DNA of 64,000 nt, from contig CASFNB010000003.1 of assembly GCA_949295915.1 (NCBI GenBank), forward strand, positions 8,926 through 72,925. Reading direction: 5' to 3'. This DNA is from an uncultured Pseudomonadota bacterium. GTDB lineage: Bacteria; Pseudomonadota; Alphaproteobacteria; RF32; CAG-239. Positions 28,168 through 39,476 of this stretch are shown piece by piece. Positions within the stretch are counted from its first letter, which is position 1. The number at the start of each line of letters is the position of its first letter. The translations under genes were made by a program, and so were the position numbers. A model generated the notes under the pieces. That model saw only the letters and a program-made list of their open reading frames with translations, did no database searches and was not told the origin of the DNA.

Positions 28168-30246
28168 ATGCGGCCCGAAATTTTATATCCATTATTTGGC
28201 TCACTTACTTCCATCGGCGGATTGGGAGAAAAGAGTGCTAAGCTTTTGCAAAATTTGGATTGCCGCCTCATCAAAGACCTCATCTTTCACCTGCCCTCCA
28301 ACCTGATTGACAGGCGCTATTCACCTAAGCTTTCCGATGCTATTCCGGGGCGCGTGGCTACGCTTAAAGTGAAAGTGATTGAGCATATTGCGCCGCAAAA
28401 AAAATCGCAACCCTATAAGGTGATTGCCGCTGATGAAACCGAGCAAATCATCATCAGCTTTTTTAAGGCTTATCCCACCACCATTCAAAAAAATCTGCCG
28501 CTCAATCAATGGGTGGCTATCAGCGGCAAGCTTGAGAAATTTAACAATTCTTTGCAAATGAGCCACCCCGACTATATTGTCTCTGCCGCGCAGATTGATA
28601 GCATTCGCACGATTGAACCGGTTTATCCGCTCACTGCCGGCATCAGTAACAAGATGCTCCGCAAATGGATTCTACAAGCCCTTGCCCGCACGCCCAAGCT
28701 TGACGAATGGATTGATGAAAACTTGCTTAAAGAAAAAAAATGGCTCTCGTTTAATCAATCTCTGCTTAACCTGCACCATCCGCAATATCTCGCGGATTTG
28801 GACATTAATTCACCTGAGCGGCAACGCTTGGCTTATGATGAGTTGCTTGCCAACCAACTCACCCTTGCCATCGCCCGACAAAAAATCAAAAAGCAAGCCG
28901 GTCGCTCACTCAAAGGCAACGGACTCTTACGCAAAAAGCTTATGGAAATTTTGCCGTTCAAACTCACGGAAGCGCAAGAAAAAGTACTCCGTGAGATTTT
29001 TGCCGATCAAGCCTCGCCTTTTCGTATGCTTCGACTTTTGCAAGGTGATGTCGGGTGCGGAAAAACCATTGTGGCTTTTTTCTCCATGCTCAACGCGATT
29101 GAATGCGGGGCTCAAGCTGCCATTATGGCGCCGACCGAAATTTTAGCCAAGCAACACCAAGAAACTATCGCGCCCTTATGTGAAGAACTCGGTATTACTT
29201 GCGCACTTCTAACCGGCAAGACAAAACCCAAACAACGCAAAGAAATTCTTTCCCAACTGGAAGAAGGAAAAATCGATATTCTTATCGGTACGCATGCCCT
29301 TTTTCAAGAGAACGTCATTTTCAAAGACCTCGCCTATGCCGTGATTGATGAACAGCATCGTTTTGGCGTACACCAGCGTCTTAACTTCTCTAACAAAGGC
29401 AATCATGCCGATATTCTGGTTATGACCGCAACCCCAATTCCGAGAACCCTCCTGCTCACGGCATACGGAGATATGGAATATTCCAAAATCGACCAAGTGC
29501 CGGAAGGACGAAAATCGGTTTCAACCCTTGTGATGCCGATTGATAAAATCCACGATGTTGTCTCCGCCCTTTCGCGTAAACTGCAACAAGGAGCGCGCGC
29601 TTATTGGGTTTGCCCCCTTGTCGAAGAATCGGAAAAAATTGACCTTGCCGCTGCCGAAGAGCGTTACGAATCGCTCAAAAAATATTTTGGCGACCAAGTC
29701 GGTCTCGTTCACGGCAAGATGAAAGAAGCAGAAAAAGACGCCGTCATGGAAAAATTCAAAAAAGGAGAAATTTCTCTCCTTGTTGCCACAACCGTGATTG
29801 AAGTGGGCGTCAATGTGCCAGAGGCTACTCTCATGATTATTGAACATGCCGAGCGTTTCGGTTTGGCGCAACTGCACCAACTGCGCGGACGTATTAAGCG
29901 TGGTTTTCAGGCTTCCACTTGTATTCTGCTCTATTCGCACCCGCTTTCGGAAACCTCACGCGCTCGCCTCAATATTATGAAAGAAACCGAAGATGGTTTT
30001 CGCATTGCCGAAGAAGATCTTGACCTACGTGGCGGCGGTGAACTTCTCGGCACCAAGCAAAGCGGTTTTAACACCTTCAAACTGGCCGACCTTTCCGTAC
30101 ACAAAGGTCTTCTCCTCACAGCCTCGCAAGATGCCAAACTTTTTATCTCTCAAGACCCAGACTTTACCTCTCCACGAGGCAAAGCACTTAAAAACCTGCT
30201 ATATCTTTTTGAACGCGATGAAGCGGTTAAAACCTACAACCAATAA
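28168..30246 (+). CDS. recG: ATP-dependent DNA helicase RecG
   Basis: RLLQGDVGCGKT, DEQHRFG, GLAQLHQLRGR, DGFRIAEEDL. Confidence 0.98.
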   Translation: MRPEILYPLFGSLTSIGGLGEKSAKLLQNLDCRLIKDLIFHLPSNLIDRRYSPKLSDAIPGRVATLKVKVIEHIAPQKKSQPYKVIAADETEQIIISFFKAYPTTIQKNLPLNQWVAISGKLEKFNNSLQMSHPDYIVSAAQIDSIRTIEPVYPLTAGISNKMLRKWILQALARTPKLDEWIDENLLKEKKWLSFNQSLLNLHHPQYLADLDINSPERQRLAYDELLANQLTLAIARQKIKKQAGRSLKGNGLLRKKLMEILPFKLTEAQEKVLREIFADQASPFRMLRLLQGDVGCGKTIVAFFSMLNAIECGAQAAIMAPTEILAKQHQETIAPLCEELGITCALLTGKTKPKQRKEILSQLEEGKIDILIGTHALFQENVIFKDLAYAVIDEQHRFGVHQRLNFSNKGNHADILVMTATPIPRTLLLTAYGDMEYSKIDQVPEGRKSVSTLVMPIDKIHDVVSALSRKLQQGARAYWVCPLVEESEKIDLAAAEERYESLKKYFGDQVGLVHGKMKEAEKDAVMEKFKKGEISLLVATTVIEVGVNVPEATLMIIEHAERFGLAQLHQLRGRIKRGFQASTCILLYSHPLSETSRARLNIMKETEDGFRIAEEDLDLRGGGELLGTKQSGFNTFKLADLSVHKGLLLTASQDAKLFISQDPDFTSPRGKALKNLLYLFERDEAVKTYNQ

Positions 30247-30382
30247 AAAAAGAGGGGTGACTCACGTCAGCCCTCTTCGTTAGAAAAAAAACATTAAAAA
30301 ACCTGATTTTAATCCTGTTTTTTAAACAACCTAAATCTAATGAGTCTTAAATTAAAAATAACTATGACTATGATTATGAAAT

Positions 30383-30952
30383 TTATTCTAATTTGTTTCC
30401 TATCATACGGCAATATGATATCTCGGAGTTGTTACTGTTCACCCAAAAGGCATTATTGCCTCGGCTTGGTTTAATCCAATATTTTGTTCCCGATACATAA
30501 TCAGAAAAAATATCTTCACCAACTATTTTAAAATAATCATATTGCATATCAGACATTATAACATAGGCCTTGATAAGCATTTCTGCCTGTGTTTTATCTC
30601 GGCAGGGCTTCCCTACGAATATGTCTTTATCTAAGATTATTTCGGCAGAATCTCCATCTCTGATGATCCTAGCATTTAAAATACCAAGATGATAGTTTTT
30701 GTTCAATTCTACATCCGGCGTTTGGGGCAATTCATCAAAAATATTGATACTTAATTGAAGCGGCAAGTAGACCAAATATTTTACTTCTTTTTGCCTTTCT
30801 GCTTCAACCATAATTCCCGGAACATAATCCATGGCAGAAGTACTAAACAGTAATTTAACTTGCGGTGCTTTGAGCTCATAGCCCTGCAGTTCGTCCATAA
30901 ACAAGTTTGCCAACATGTTTTTCACTTCTTCTTTGTTTACTCTTTTTTCCAT
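30383..30952 (-). CDS. Hypothetical protein (189 aa ORFan)
   Basis: Own promoter TTGACT-17-TATATT directly after an upstream terminator (31037-31074). No motif recognised. Confidence 0.7.
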   Translation of the reverse strand: MEKRVNKEEVKNMLANLFMDELQGYELKAPQVKLLFSTSAMDYVPGIMVEAERQKEVKYLVYLPLQLSINIFDELPQTPDVELNKNYHLGILNARIIRDGDSAEIILDKDIFVGKPCRDKTQAEMLIKAYVIMSDMQYDYFKIVGEDIFSDYVSGTKYWIKPSRGNNAFWVNSNNSEISYCRMIGNKLE

Positions 30953-31086
30953 AGCTTTTTAATTTTTAAATTATACAAAAAATAAATAATAAAATTGGTA
31001 TCGCGCAATATAATCTCTCAAATTGTTACAGTCAACAAAAAAATACCTCTGATTTCTTTCAGAGGTATTTTTTTCTTCCTTCTCTT

Positions 31087-31554
31087 TTAAGATAATTCCA
31101 TGACCATTTTTTTATACATCATGTTTATTTTTGTCTGTTCTTGTTCTTTTGTGTGTGATTTGTATGCTTCATATTCTTTATAAAACCCATCAATGTTATG
31201 TTGCTTATCCATTTTTAAATAAGTGTTTAATCCTATAACCGCATAATCAAATGCCCTCGGAGCCATTTTATTTAACATATCCAACATTTCCGTTCTTTTC
31301 TTTTTATCCGCTATTTTGGAGACTTGCGGTAATGCCTTACTCACATTTTTGGTATATGTCTCAGCTCTCTTAATTGCTTCAAAATTTTTTAACGTTACTA
31401 CGGCCGCCAATGTCGGAAGCCCAATCTCTCTTATCTTTGCTTTTTCTCCTATGGCTTCGTGTAAGGTCTCAAATAATGTTTGCTTATCTATTTTGGGATT
31501 TTTTAATTTATTTATTATTTCAACCCACGGCATTTGATTATTGTTCTTTGTCAT
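31087..31554 (-). CDS. Hypothetical protein (155 aa, helical, basic)
   Basis: GGGAGG RBS and a terminator downstream. Confidence 0.7.
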   Translation of the reverse strand: MTKNNNQMPWVEIINKLKNPKIDKQTLFETLHEAIGEKAKIREIGLPTLAAVVTLKNFEAIKRAETYTKNVSKALPQVSKIADKKKRTEMLDMLNKMAPRAFDYAVIGLNTYLKMDKQHNIDGFYKEYEAYKSHTKEQEQTKINMMYKKMVMELS

Positions 31555-31642
31555 AATAATCCTCCCCTCTTGGTCTTTTCATATCTGTTTTTATTATACC
31601 ATATTTACCTTACCTTAACAAGGTTTATTGCAAAAAAAATAT

Positions 31643-32719
31643 CTATCTGATAACTTTTTTTAATATTGCTTCCGTTTCAACCAAATGGACGGCTTTTATA
31701 AAACTTTCTTTCTCACTCAATACCGTATAATAATCTTTTTTTACCATCGGAGCTTGTTGCAATGCCTGAACATATACTTCTTTCGATAACGGATCCGAGG
31801 CTACATATTCAAAAAAACCACTCGTTAACAAAAAATTCCGAATCTTATCAATCCCCGGATTGTTTTGCAACAATGCACACAAATAGGCCGAAACTCCTAC
31901 CTGTATTCCATGCGGGTGCGGACGTTTGGATATATTGTCATACGCATGCGATATCTGATGCTCCGCTCCGCTCGCAGGTCTTGACGTACCGGCAATTTCC
32001 ATGGCTACGCCACTGAGCATTAACGACGTACTTAAATTACGCAAAAATTCCGAACTGCTCAAATTATATTCCGGCAAAGATAATAAAATATCTATCGAAT
32101 TGTATGCCAGCATGGCGGCAAAATCATTGTACCTTTCATAGCCTTTTCTAAACGCCACTTTCCAATCCCATAATGCCGTCAACTTTGATATCATATCTCC
32201 CATACCGGAATATAAAAACATTTTAGGACTTTTGGATATAATATCTAAATCTATCACCACCCCAAATGGTATGCTGGATTTCACGCTGGTTCTTTTTCCA
32301 TCTACCAACAAAGATGTATTGGGGCTGCAAAAGCCATCATTCGATACCGATGTCGGAACAGAAATAAAAGGCTTTTTTAATAAATGCGCACAATACTTGG
32401 CAAAGTCTATGACCTTTCCTCCTCCTATGCCGATGATGGCGTCGGTGTTACGAGGCAAATTAAAGGCAACTTTATCAACTTCTTCTATATTGATATATTG
32501 TACAATCTTATTGCAGACAACTTCTATATCGTGTTGCTCAAAACCTTTGTACAATTTTCCACCGATAAGTTCTTCTATACCATCACTCCAAAACAAGGCT
32601 ACGTTTGACATACCTTTATCTATTAAATACTTTCCGATACGACCTATTTTTCCATATCCGATTTTTACCAGATAGGGAATGTTGATTTGGCGATTGGTAA
32701 AATAGTTTTGATAAGGCAT
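31643..32719 (-). CDS. sn-glycerol-1-phosphate dehydrogenase (EgsA/AraM)-like protein
   Basis: GIGGGKVIDFAKY, PTSVSNDGFCSP, SGMGDMISK, GTSRPASGAEHQISHA, HGIQVG metal ligands. Confidence 0.85.
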   Translation of the reverse strand: MPYQNYFTNRQINIPYLVKIGYGKIGRIGKYLIDKGMSNVALFWSDGIEELIGGKLYKGFEQHDIEVVCNKIVQYINIEEVDKVAFNLPRNTDAIIGIGGGKVIDFAKYCAHLLKKPFISVPTSVSNDGFCSPNTSLLVDGKRTSVKSSIPFGVVIDLDIISKSPKMFLYSGMGDMISKLTALWDWKVAFRKGYERYNDFAAMLAYNSIDILLSLPEYNLSSSEFLRNLSTSLMLSGVAMEIAGTSRPASGAEHQISHAYDNISKRPHPHGIQVGVSAYLCALLQNNPGIDKIRNFLLTSGFFEYVASDPLSKEVYVQALQQAPMVKKDYYTVLSEKESFIKAVHLVETEAILKKVIR

Positions 32720-32834
32720 GGCATTCTCCTTGGTGAAAGAGTGAGCTCTTTGATATATTTATTTTTAACATATATTTTTTTATCTGACCATAAAAAAAAG
32801 CTCAGACTTATTTATTCCGAGCTTTTTTTGGATA

Positions 32835-34178
32835 TTAGGATTGTCTCCCTTGTTGTTGATGTAATACAAAGGCAAAATATGTTTTATCCATTTTGTTTTT
32901 CAGTTTTTCTGCTTTTGTACCATCCGCAGCCAATTCATTGGCTTTTGATTTTATACTTACTCCCAAATCGCAAAAATAACCATTTTGCGCCGGTATTTTT
33001 TCTAACTTATCAATATCCATTTTAACCATGCGATTATTATTATACGCCATTAAATAGGCTTGATTGTCTCCGGACCCAATTACGGTCATTCGGTGCAAAC
33101 TTCCGGCTTTGTTTTTGATCCAGATCATATAAATACCATATTTGTTTTGCTTTAACTCTTCTTTTAACTCCGTTCGCAAATTTTTTGAATAGTGACTGTC
33201 AAATGTTTGCTTATTGGATTGGCATGCGTGCGGATTAGGTACTCTCAGTAATAAATCCTTACATGCTTGCGCGACATAATCATCTTTTTCTGAATTTTTA
33301 TCCAAAACTTTTAAAAATGTGGCATATGACATTGATTCACAACTCGATTGCGGAACTATATGCGGAAGCTTGCCATATTTACCAATTAAACGCTCTTGCT
33401 CGGAATAAAACTTTTTCCGATTGGTATCTGAGTTTTGCAAAGTCTGAATATTCTCTTGAAATTGCAAAATTAAATTTCTCACCAATTTTTTATAATTTCT
33501 TTCATTTGCTTCTATATTAGGGTATCCTTCTGCCGAATATGGAGCGATGATGCTCTCTTCCGCTTCTGCATGCAAAACTTGAACATCTTTATTTTTGTAT
33601 GAAAAAAGCGAATCAATTTCTGATATCTGCGGTTTTGCGACCGGCACGATTTTTTCTTGATCAGCTTTCTTATTTTGTAAAACATTTGTCGTATTACAAT
33701 TACCAAACGATAAAAGGGCTATTCCCGTTGCTGCTGCATATTTTACCGTTCTTACAACCGCTTGTTTAGAACTCGCTATCTTCTCTTTTACCTTTCCCCA
33801 AAATGATTTTGAAGATTTTGTTTCAAGTTGCACAACTTGCGGTTTGCTCTCTGTTTTTTCTAATGTTTTTTTCTCTTGCTGTTTTTGACTCATAGAAAGT
33901 GCTTTTTTGTAACTCATAACCAAATCATATGACAAGCCATATTTTTCTTGGCGGCACTTTTGAAAAAACTCTCTGACTATCTGATAAAATTCTTCTTGAG
34001 CAGCCGGAGTTACTACTCTTCTTTCTGCTGCAATATTTTTTAAAACTTGCTCCAAATTTTTTATCAGCACATTTATGCGGCGTCTTTTTTCTGCGCCCTT
34101 AAAATTAGCTTTACAATAAAAATTGCGCATTTTTCGCACATCATCAATATCTATATATTTACTATCTATCTTTTTCAT
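32835..34178 (-). CDS. Hypothetical membrane-anchored protein with possible Cys-His-Asn domain
   Basis: Basic N-terminal region, internal hydrophobic stretch (YAAATGIALLSFGNC), C-terminal SSCESMS...HRMTVIG...AYNN. Start uncertain (34178 or 34235). Confidence 0.7.
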   Translation of the reverse strand: MKKIDSKYIDIDDVRKMRNFYCKANFKGAEKRRRINVLIKNLEQVLKNIAAERRVVTPAAQEEFYQIVREFFQKCRQEKYGLSYDLVMSYKKALSMSQKQQEKKTLEKTESKPQVVQLETKSSKSFWGKVKEKIASSKQAVVRTVKYAAATGIALLSFGNCNTTNVLQNKKADQEKIVPVAKPQISEIDSLFSYKNKDVQVLHAEAEESIIAPYSAEGYPNIEANERNYKKLVRNLILQFQENIQTLQNSDTNRKKFYSEQERLIGKYGKLPHIVPQSSCESMSYATFLKVLDKNSEKDDYVAQACKDLLLRVPNPHACQSNKQTFDSHYSKNLRTELKEELKQNKYGIYMIWIKNKAGSLHRMTVIGSGDNQAYLMAYNNNRMVKMDIDKLEKIPAQNGYFCDLGVSIKSKANELAADGTKAEKLKNKMDKTYFAFVLHQQQGRQS

Positions 34179-34379
34179 CTTCTTTTCTTTTTCTTCTTCT
34201 ATTTTTACCTTAACAAACCACTCGAAAATACACATTTTTTTTTGCTTGTAAACACCTATTTTGCAATTTAATAAAAATGAAACAAATTTTTGTTTTTACG
34301 TCATTTTTTATACAAAATTCCACAAAAAAAGAGTCTATTTTGACAATAGACTCTCATTTTTGTTTATTTCGGAAATCAG

Positions 34380-34748
34380 CTAAGATTTCTTTTCCAAAAC
34401 ACTTATCACATATTGATAAAATTGCTTGTCTTCATCATGAAGTGCCGAATCCATTTTTTCCTTTGCTCGCTCTAAAGTGATGCCTTCTACGCAAAAGACT
34501 TTTTCGCATGATACGGCACATCGGTTGCGTGCTATATCTGCTATTCCGCCTTTTACAAAATAGCTCTCAATCACCTTTAATTGGTTGTCCAAAACTCGAA
34601 CAATGCCGTTGCGCAACAACAACAATGTCGGGGCTCTGTCCGGAAGAATGGTAATATCCCCGTCAACCGCCGGAAGTTGCAATGCGGCTACCTTTTTGGT
34701 GTTAAAAACTTTATACGGACGAGAAATTCGAAAAAGTATTTCCTTCAT
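34380..34748 (-). CDS. atpC: ATP synthase epsilon subunit
   Basis: LPAVDGDITILPDRAP, FVKGG; last gene of the atpHAGDC operon; terminator at ~34325-34361. Confidence 0.9.
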   Translation of the reverse strand: MKEILFRISRPYKVFNTKKVAALQLPAVDGDITILPDRAPTLLLLRNGIVRVLDNQLKVIESYFVKGGIADIARNRCAVSCEKVFCVEGITLERAKEKMDSALHDEDKQFYQYVISVLEKKS

Positions 34749-34759
34749 GATGTTTTACC

Positions 34760-36304
<1,545 letters not shown>

Positions 36305-36322
36305 CTAACTCTCCTATTGCTC

Positions 36323-37243
36323 TTACAGTGCTTCGGCACCGGATATAATCTCCGTCAACTCGGTTGTAATTGCCGATTGACGAATGCGGTTATATTTGAT
36401 TGTCAGCTTGTTAATCATATCACTTGCATTTCTGGTTGCATTGTCCATAGAAGTCATACGTGCACCATGTTCAGATGCTTGAGAATGAACAACGGCTTTG
36501 AAAATGACACCACGGAAAATGAGCGGAAGCATTCCCTCCAACAAAGACATTTTGTCAGGTTCATATTCATAGAATGCGCCCCTAACAACATTGGTCGGCA
36601 AGTGAAGCTTATTATATTCAAACTCTTCAATTTTTAACGGAAGAATCTGCTCATCAACAATCTCTCTGCTGATAGCAGATTTAAAACGGCTGACTATGAC
36701 TTCGCAAACATCAATTTTTTCTTGATGATACGCATCCAGCACATCATATCCGATATCGGAAGCCTCATAATATTTTGCACCTTTGGCAGCTACACCTTCT
36801 TTGGTCTTAATAATCAAATCGCCGTAACGGCTTTTCAAAATATCGCGCCCTTTTTTACCGACACAATAAATTGAAACATTCTTTCCCTCTGCTTTCAGTT
36901 CTTCTATGCGGCGAGCTGCCTCTTTGGCAACACCGGCATTATAACTTCCGCAAAGACCGCGATCCGAAGTAAAGACAAGAAGAAGATAGTTTTGGGCATT
37001 GGGGTTGTCCTTCATCATTTTAGGCCAATTCACCTCTTGTCCGGTTGCTTCTTCCTCTTGCTTTAATTCATAAATCACGCGATTGGCGCAAGACAAAAGA
37101 TTATGATTATAAAATTCTGACTTGCCGATTAATCCTTGAGACCGACGCAGGCGAGCAGCAGCAACCATTTTCATCGCCGAGGTAATTTTGCTCGTCGATT
37201 TAACGGTGCTGATGCGAGTTCTTAACTCTTTTAATCCTGCCAT
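36323..37243 (-). CDS. atpG: ATP synthase gamma subunit
   Basis: KITSAMKMVAAA, SDRGLCG, RQSAITTELTEI. Confidence 0.98.
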   Translation of the reverse strand: MAGLKELRTRISTVKSTSKITSAMKMVAAARLRRSQGLIGKSEFYNHNLLSCANRVIYELKQEEEATGQEVNWPKMMKDNPNAQNYLLLVFTSDRGLCGSYNAGVAKEAARRIEELKAEGKNVSIYCVGKKGRDILKSRYGDLIIKTKEGVAAKGAKYYEASDIGYDVLDAYHQEKIDVCEVIVSRFKSAISREIVDEQILPLKIEEFEYNKLHLPTNVVRGAFYEYEPDKMSLLEGMLPLIFRGVIFKAVVHSQASEHGARMTSMDNATRNASDMINKLTIKYNRIRQSAITTELTEIISGAEAL

Positions 37244-37252
37244 AGTTTAACC

Positions 37253-38803
37253 TCAAGCTGCTTCTTCAATCTTTTTAAATTCGTTCAAGAAATTATCAAA
37301 GAATTCTGTTAATTTCTTATCCAGTTCCTCTGACAAAACTTTCTTCTCGGCAATTTCCTCCAGATATTCCGGATAATTTGCTTTCAAAGCTTTTAAAGCT
37401 GATTGTTCAAATTCGTTTACTTCTTTAAGCTCAAGCTTATCCAAATATCCTCTAACACCGGCAAAAATTGCAACCACCTGCTCTTCAACCGGCATCGGTC
37501 GATATTGTGGCTGTTTTAACAATTCGGTCAAGCGTGCACCGCGTGACAACAAATTCTTGGTAGCAGCATCCAAATCTGATGCAAATTGAGCAAATGATGC
37601 CATTTCACGGTATTGTGCCAATTCAAGCTTAATTTTACCGGCAACTTGTTTCATTGCCTTAATTTGAGCTGCAGAACCAACACGGCTTACCGAGATACCG
37701 ACGTTAACTGCCGGACGAACACCTTGATAGAACAAACCTGTTTCCAAAAAGATTTGTCCGTCGGTAATGGAAATCACATTAGTCGGAATGTATGCAGATA
37801 CGTCACCGGCCTGTGTTTCAATTACCGGAAGTGCCGTCAAAGAACCGCCGCCTAATTCATCGTTCATTTTAGCAGCACGTTCCAACAAGCGAGAGTGCAG
37901 ATAGAACACATCTCCGGGGAAAGCTTCTCGCCCCGGCGGACGACGCAAGAGCAAAGACATTTGTCTGTATGCCGTTGCTTGTTTGGTTAAGTCATCATAA
38001 AAGATAACGGCATTCATACCGTTGTCTCTGAAAAACTCACCCATTGCACAACCGGAGTAAGGAGCCATAAACTGCATCGGTGCCGGATCAGAAGCCGTTG
38101 CGGCAACAACAATGGTATAATCCATTGCGCCGTGGTCACGTAAAGTTTTTACAACTTGAGCCACGGTTGAACGTTTTTGACCAACAGCAACATAAATGCA
38201 ATAAAGCTTTTCTTTTTCAGATTTTGCTTTGTCGTTAATGCGTTTTTGATTCAAGATTGTATCGACAATAATTGCCGTTTTACCGGTTTGACGGTCACCA
38301 ATAATCAACTCACGTTGACCGCGACCAATCGGAACCAGTGAATCCACAACCTTCAAACCGGTCTGCATCGGCTCATAAACGCTGCGTCTGGTAATAATAC
38401 CGGGGGCTTTTACTTCTGACAGTCTAAATTCGTCAGATTTAACAGCGCCTTTACCGTCAATCGGCTCACCCAAAGCATCGACCACGCGGCCGAGAAGGTT
38501 CTTTCCGACAGGAACGCTCACGATTTTATCGGTGCGTCTTACCGTATCACCTTCTTTGATGTTTTGATCAGAACCGAAGATAACGATACCAACATTATCT
38601 TCTTCCAGATTCAACGCCATGCCTTTGATGCCGCCATCGAATTCCACCAACTCTCCGGCCTGAACTTTGTCCAGACCATAGACACGAGCAATACCATCAC
38701 CGACGGATAAAACTCGCCCTACTTCGGAGACATCAATATCCACTTTGGCTCCGGCGATTTTTTCCTTTATAATGGAAGATATTTCGCTTGCATGCACAGA
38801 CAT
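37253..38803 (-). CDS. atpA: ATP synthase alpha subunit
   Basis: [30 protein letters not shown]. Confidence 0.99.
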   Translation of the reverse strand: MSVHASEISSIIKEKIAGAKVDIDVSEVGRVLSVGDGIARVYGLDKVQAGELVEFDGGIKGMALNLEEDNVGIVIFGSDQNIKEGDTVRRTDKIVSVPVGKNLLGRVVDALGEPIDGKGAVKSDEFRLSEVKAPGIITRRSVYEPMQTGLKVVDSLVPIGRGQRELIIGDRQTGKTAIIVDTILNQKRINDKAKSEKEKLYCIYVAVGQKRSTVAQVVKTLRDHGAMDYTIVVAATASDPAPMQFMAPYSGCAMGEFFRDNGMNAVIFYDDLTKQATAYRQMSLLLRRPPGREAFPGDVFYLHSRLLERAAKMNDELGGGSLTALPVIETQAGDVSAYIPTNVISITDGQIFLETGLFYQGVRPAVNVGISVSRVGSAAQIKAMKQVAGKIKLELAQYREMASFAQFASDLDAATKNLLSRGARLTELLKQPQYRPMPVEEQVVAIFAGVRGYLDKLELKEVNEFEQSALKALKANYPEYLEEIAEKKVLSEELDKKLTEFFDNFLNEFKKIEEAA

Positions 38804-39357
38804 TATTGTCCACCTTTCATCATCATTTCTAAACGATTTAATTTTCCTAAAACAGAATCGTCTATCATGGTTGATCCGTATTGTACTCTCAACCCGCCCA
38901 AAAGTTCAGGGTTGACTTGGAAGTTAACCACAATTTTTTTACCGAATTTCTGTTCCAGCATTTGTAAAACTTTTTTATTTTGCGCTTCAGTTAATTTCAA
39001 AGCAGAATCAACCGCAATCTCTATAATATTTTGTTTTTGATAATATAAATGCACAAACGCTTCGAGTATCATTTCAATCTCCCCGAAGCGATTATTATCG
39101 ACAATTATATCCAAACAATTTAAGCTTTCTTTGGAAAGTTTTAACTTAGATGCAATTTCCTTCAAAGCAGACTTTTTAGAATCTACATCCCAGAGCGGGT
39201 TGGCAAAATATTTTGTGAAATCTTTTTCTTCTTTAATTGTCTGCAGCAATGTCAAAACATCCGCATGGACTTTTGCAACCGCTTTCAATTCATCGGCTGC
39301 ACCATACAAAGCTTCGGCATAAACAGAAGCAATTTTACTTTTAGAATCTTTTTTCAA
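38803..39357 (-). CDS. atpH: ATP synthase delta subunit (TTG start)
   Basis: [25 protein letters not shown]. Confidence 0.95.
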   Translation of the reverse strand: MKKDSKSKIASVYAEALYGAADELKAVAKVHADVLTLLQTIKEEKDFTKYFANPLWDVDSKKSALKEIASKLKLSKESLNCLDIIVDNNRFGEIEMILEAFVHLYYQKQNIIEIAVDSALKLTEAQNKKVLQMLEQKFGKKIVVNFQVNPELLGGLRVQYGSTMIDDSVLGKLNRLEMMMKGGQ

Positions 39358-39476
39358 TGTTTTTCACTCTACTCAAATATTCATCCAATGGCTCACATAT
39401 TATTAGTTAATAGTTTCTAATTTATTAAAATCTTTAATTTTCACTTTAAAAACATTTTGCTTAAAGTATGTAATTT

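Noticed and set aside
28168-30246. C-rich codon usage of recG, xerC and dgt as evidence of horizontal transfer
   Set aside because: Plus-strand genes across the window show the same C-over-G bias, which is best explained by replication strand skew.
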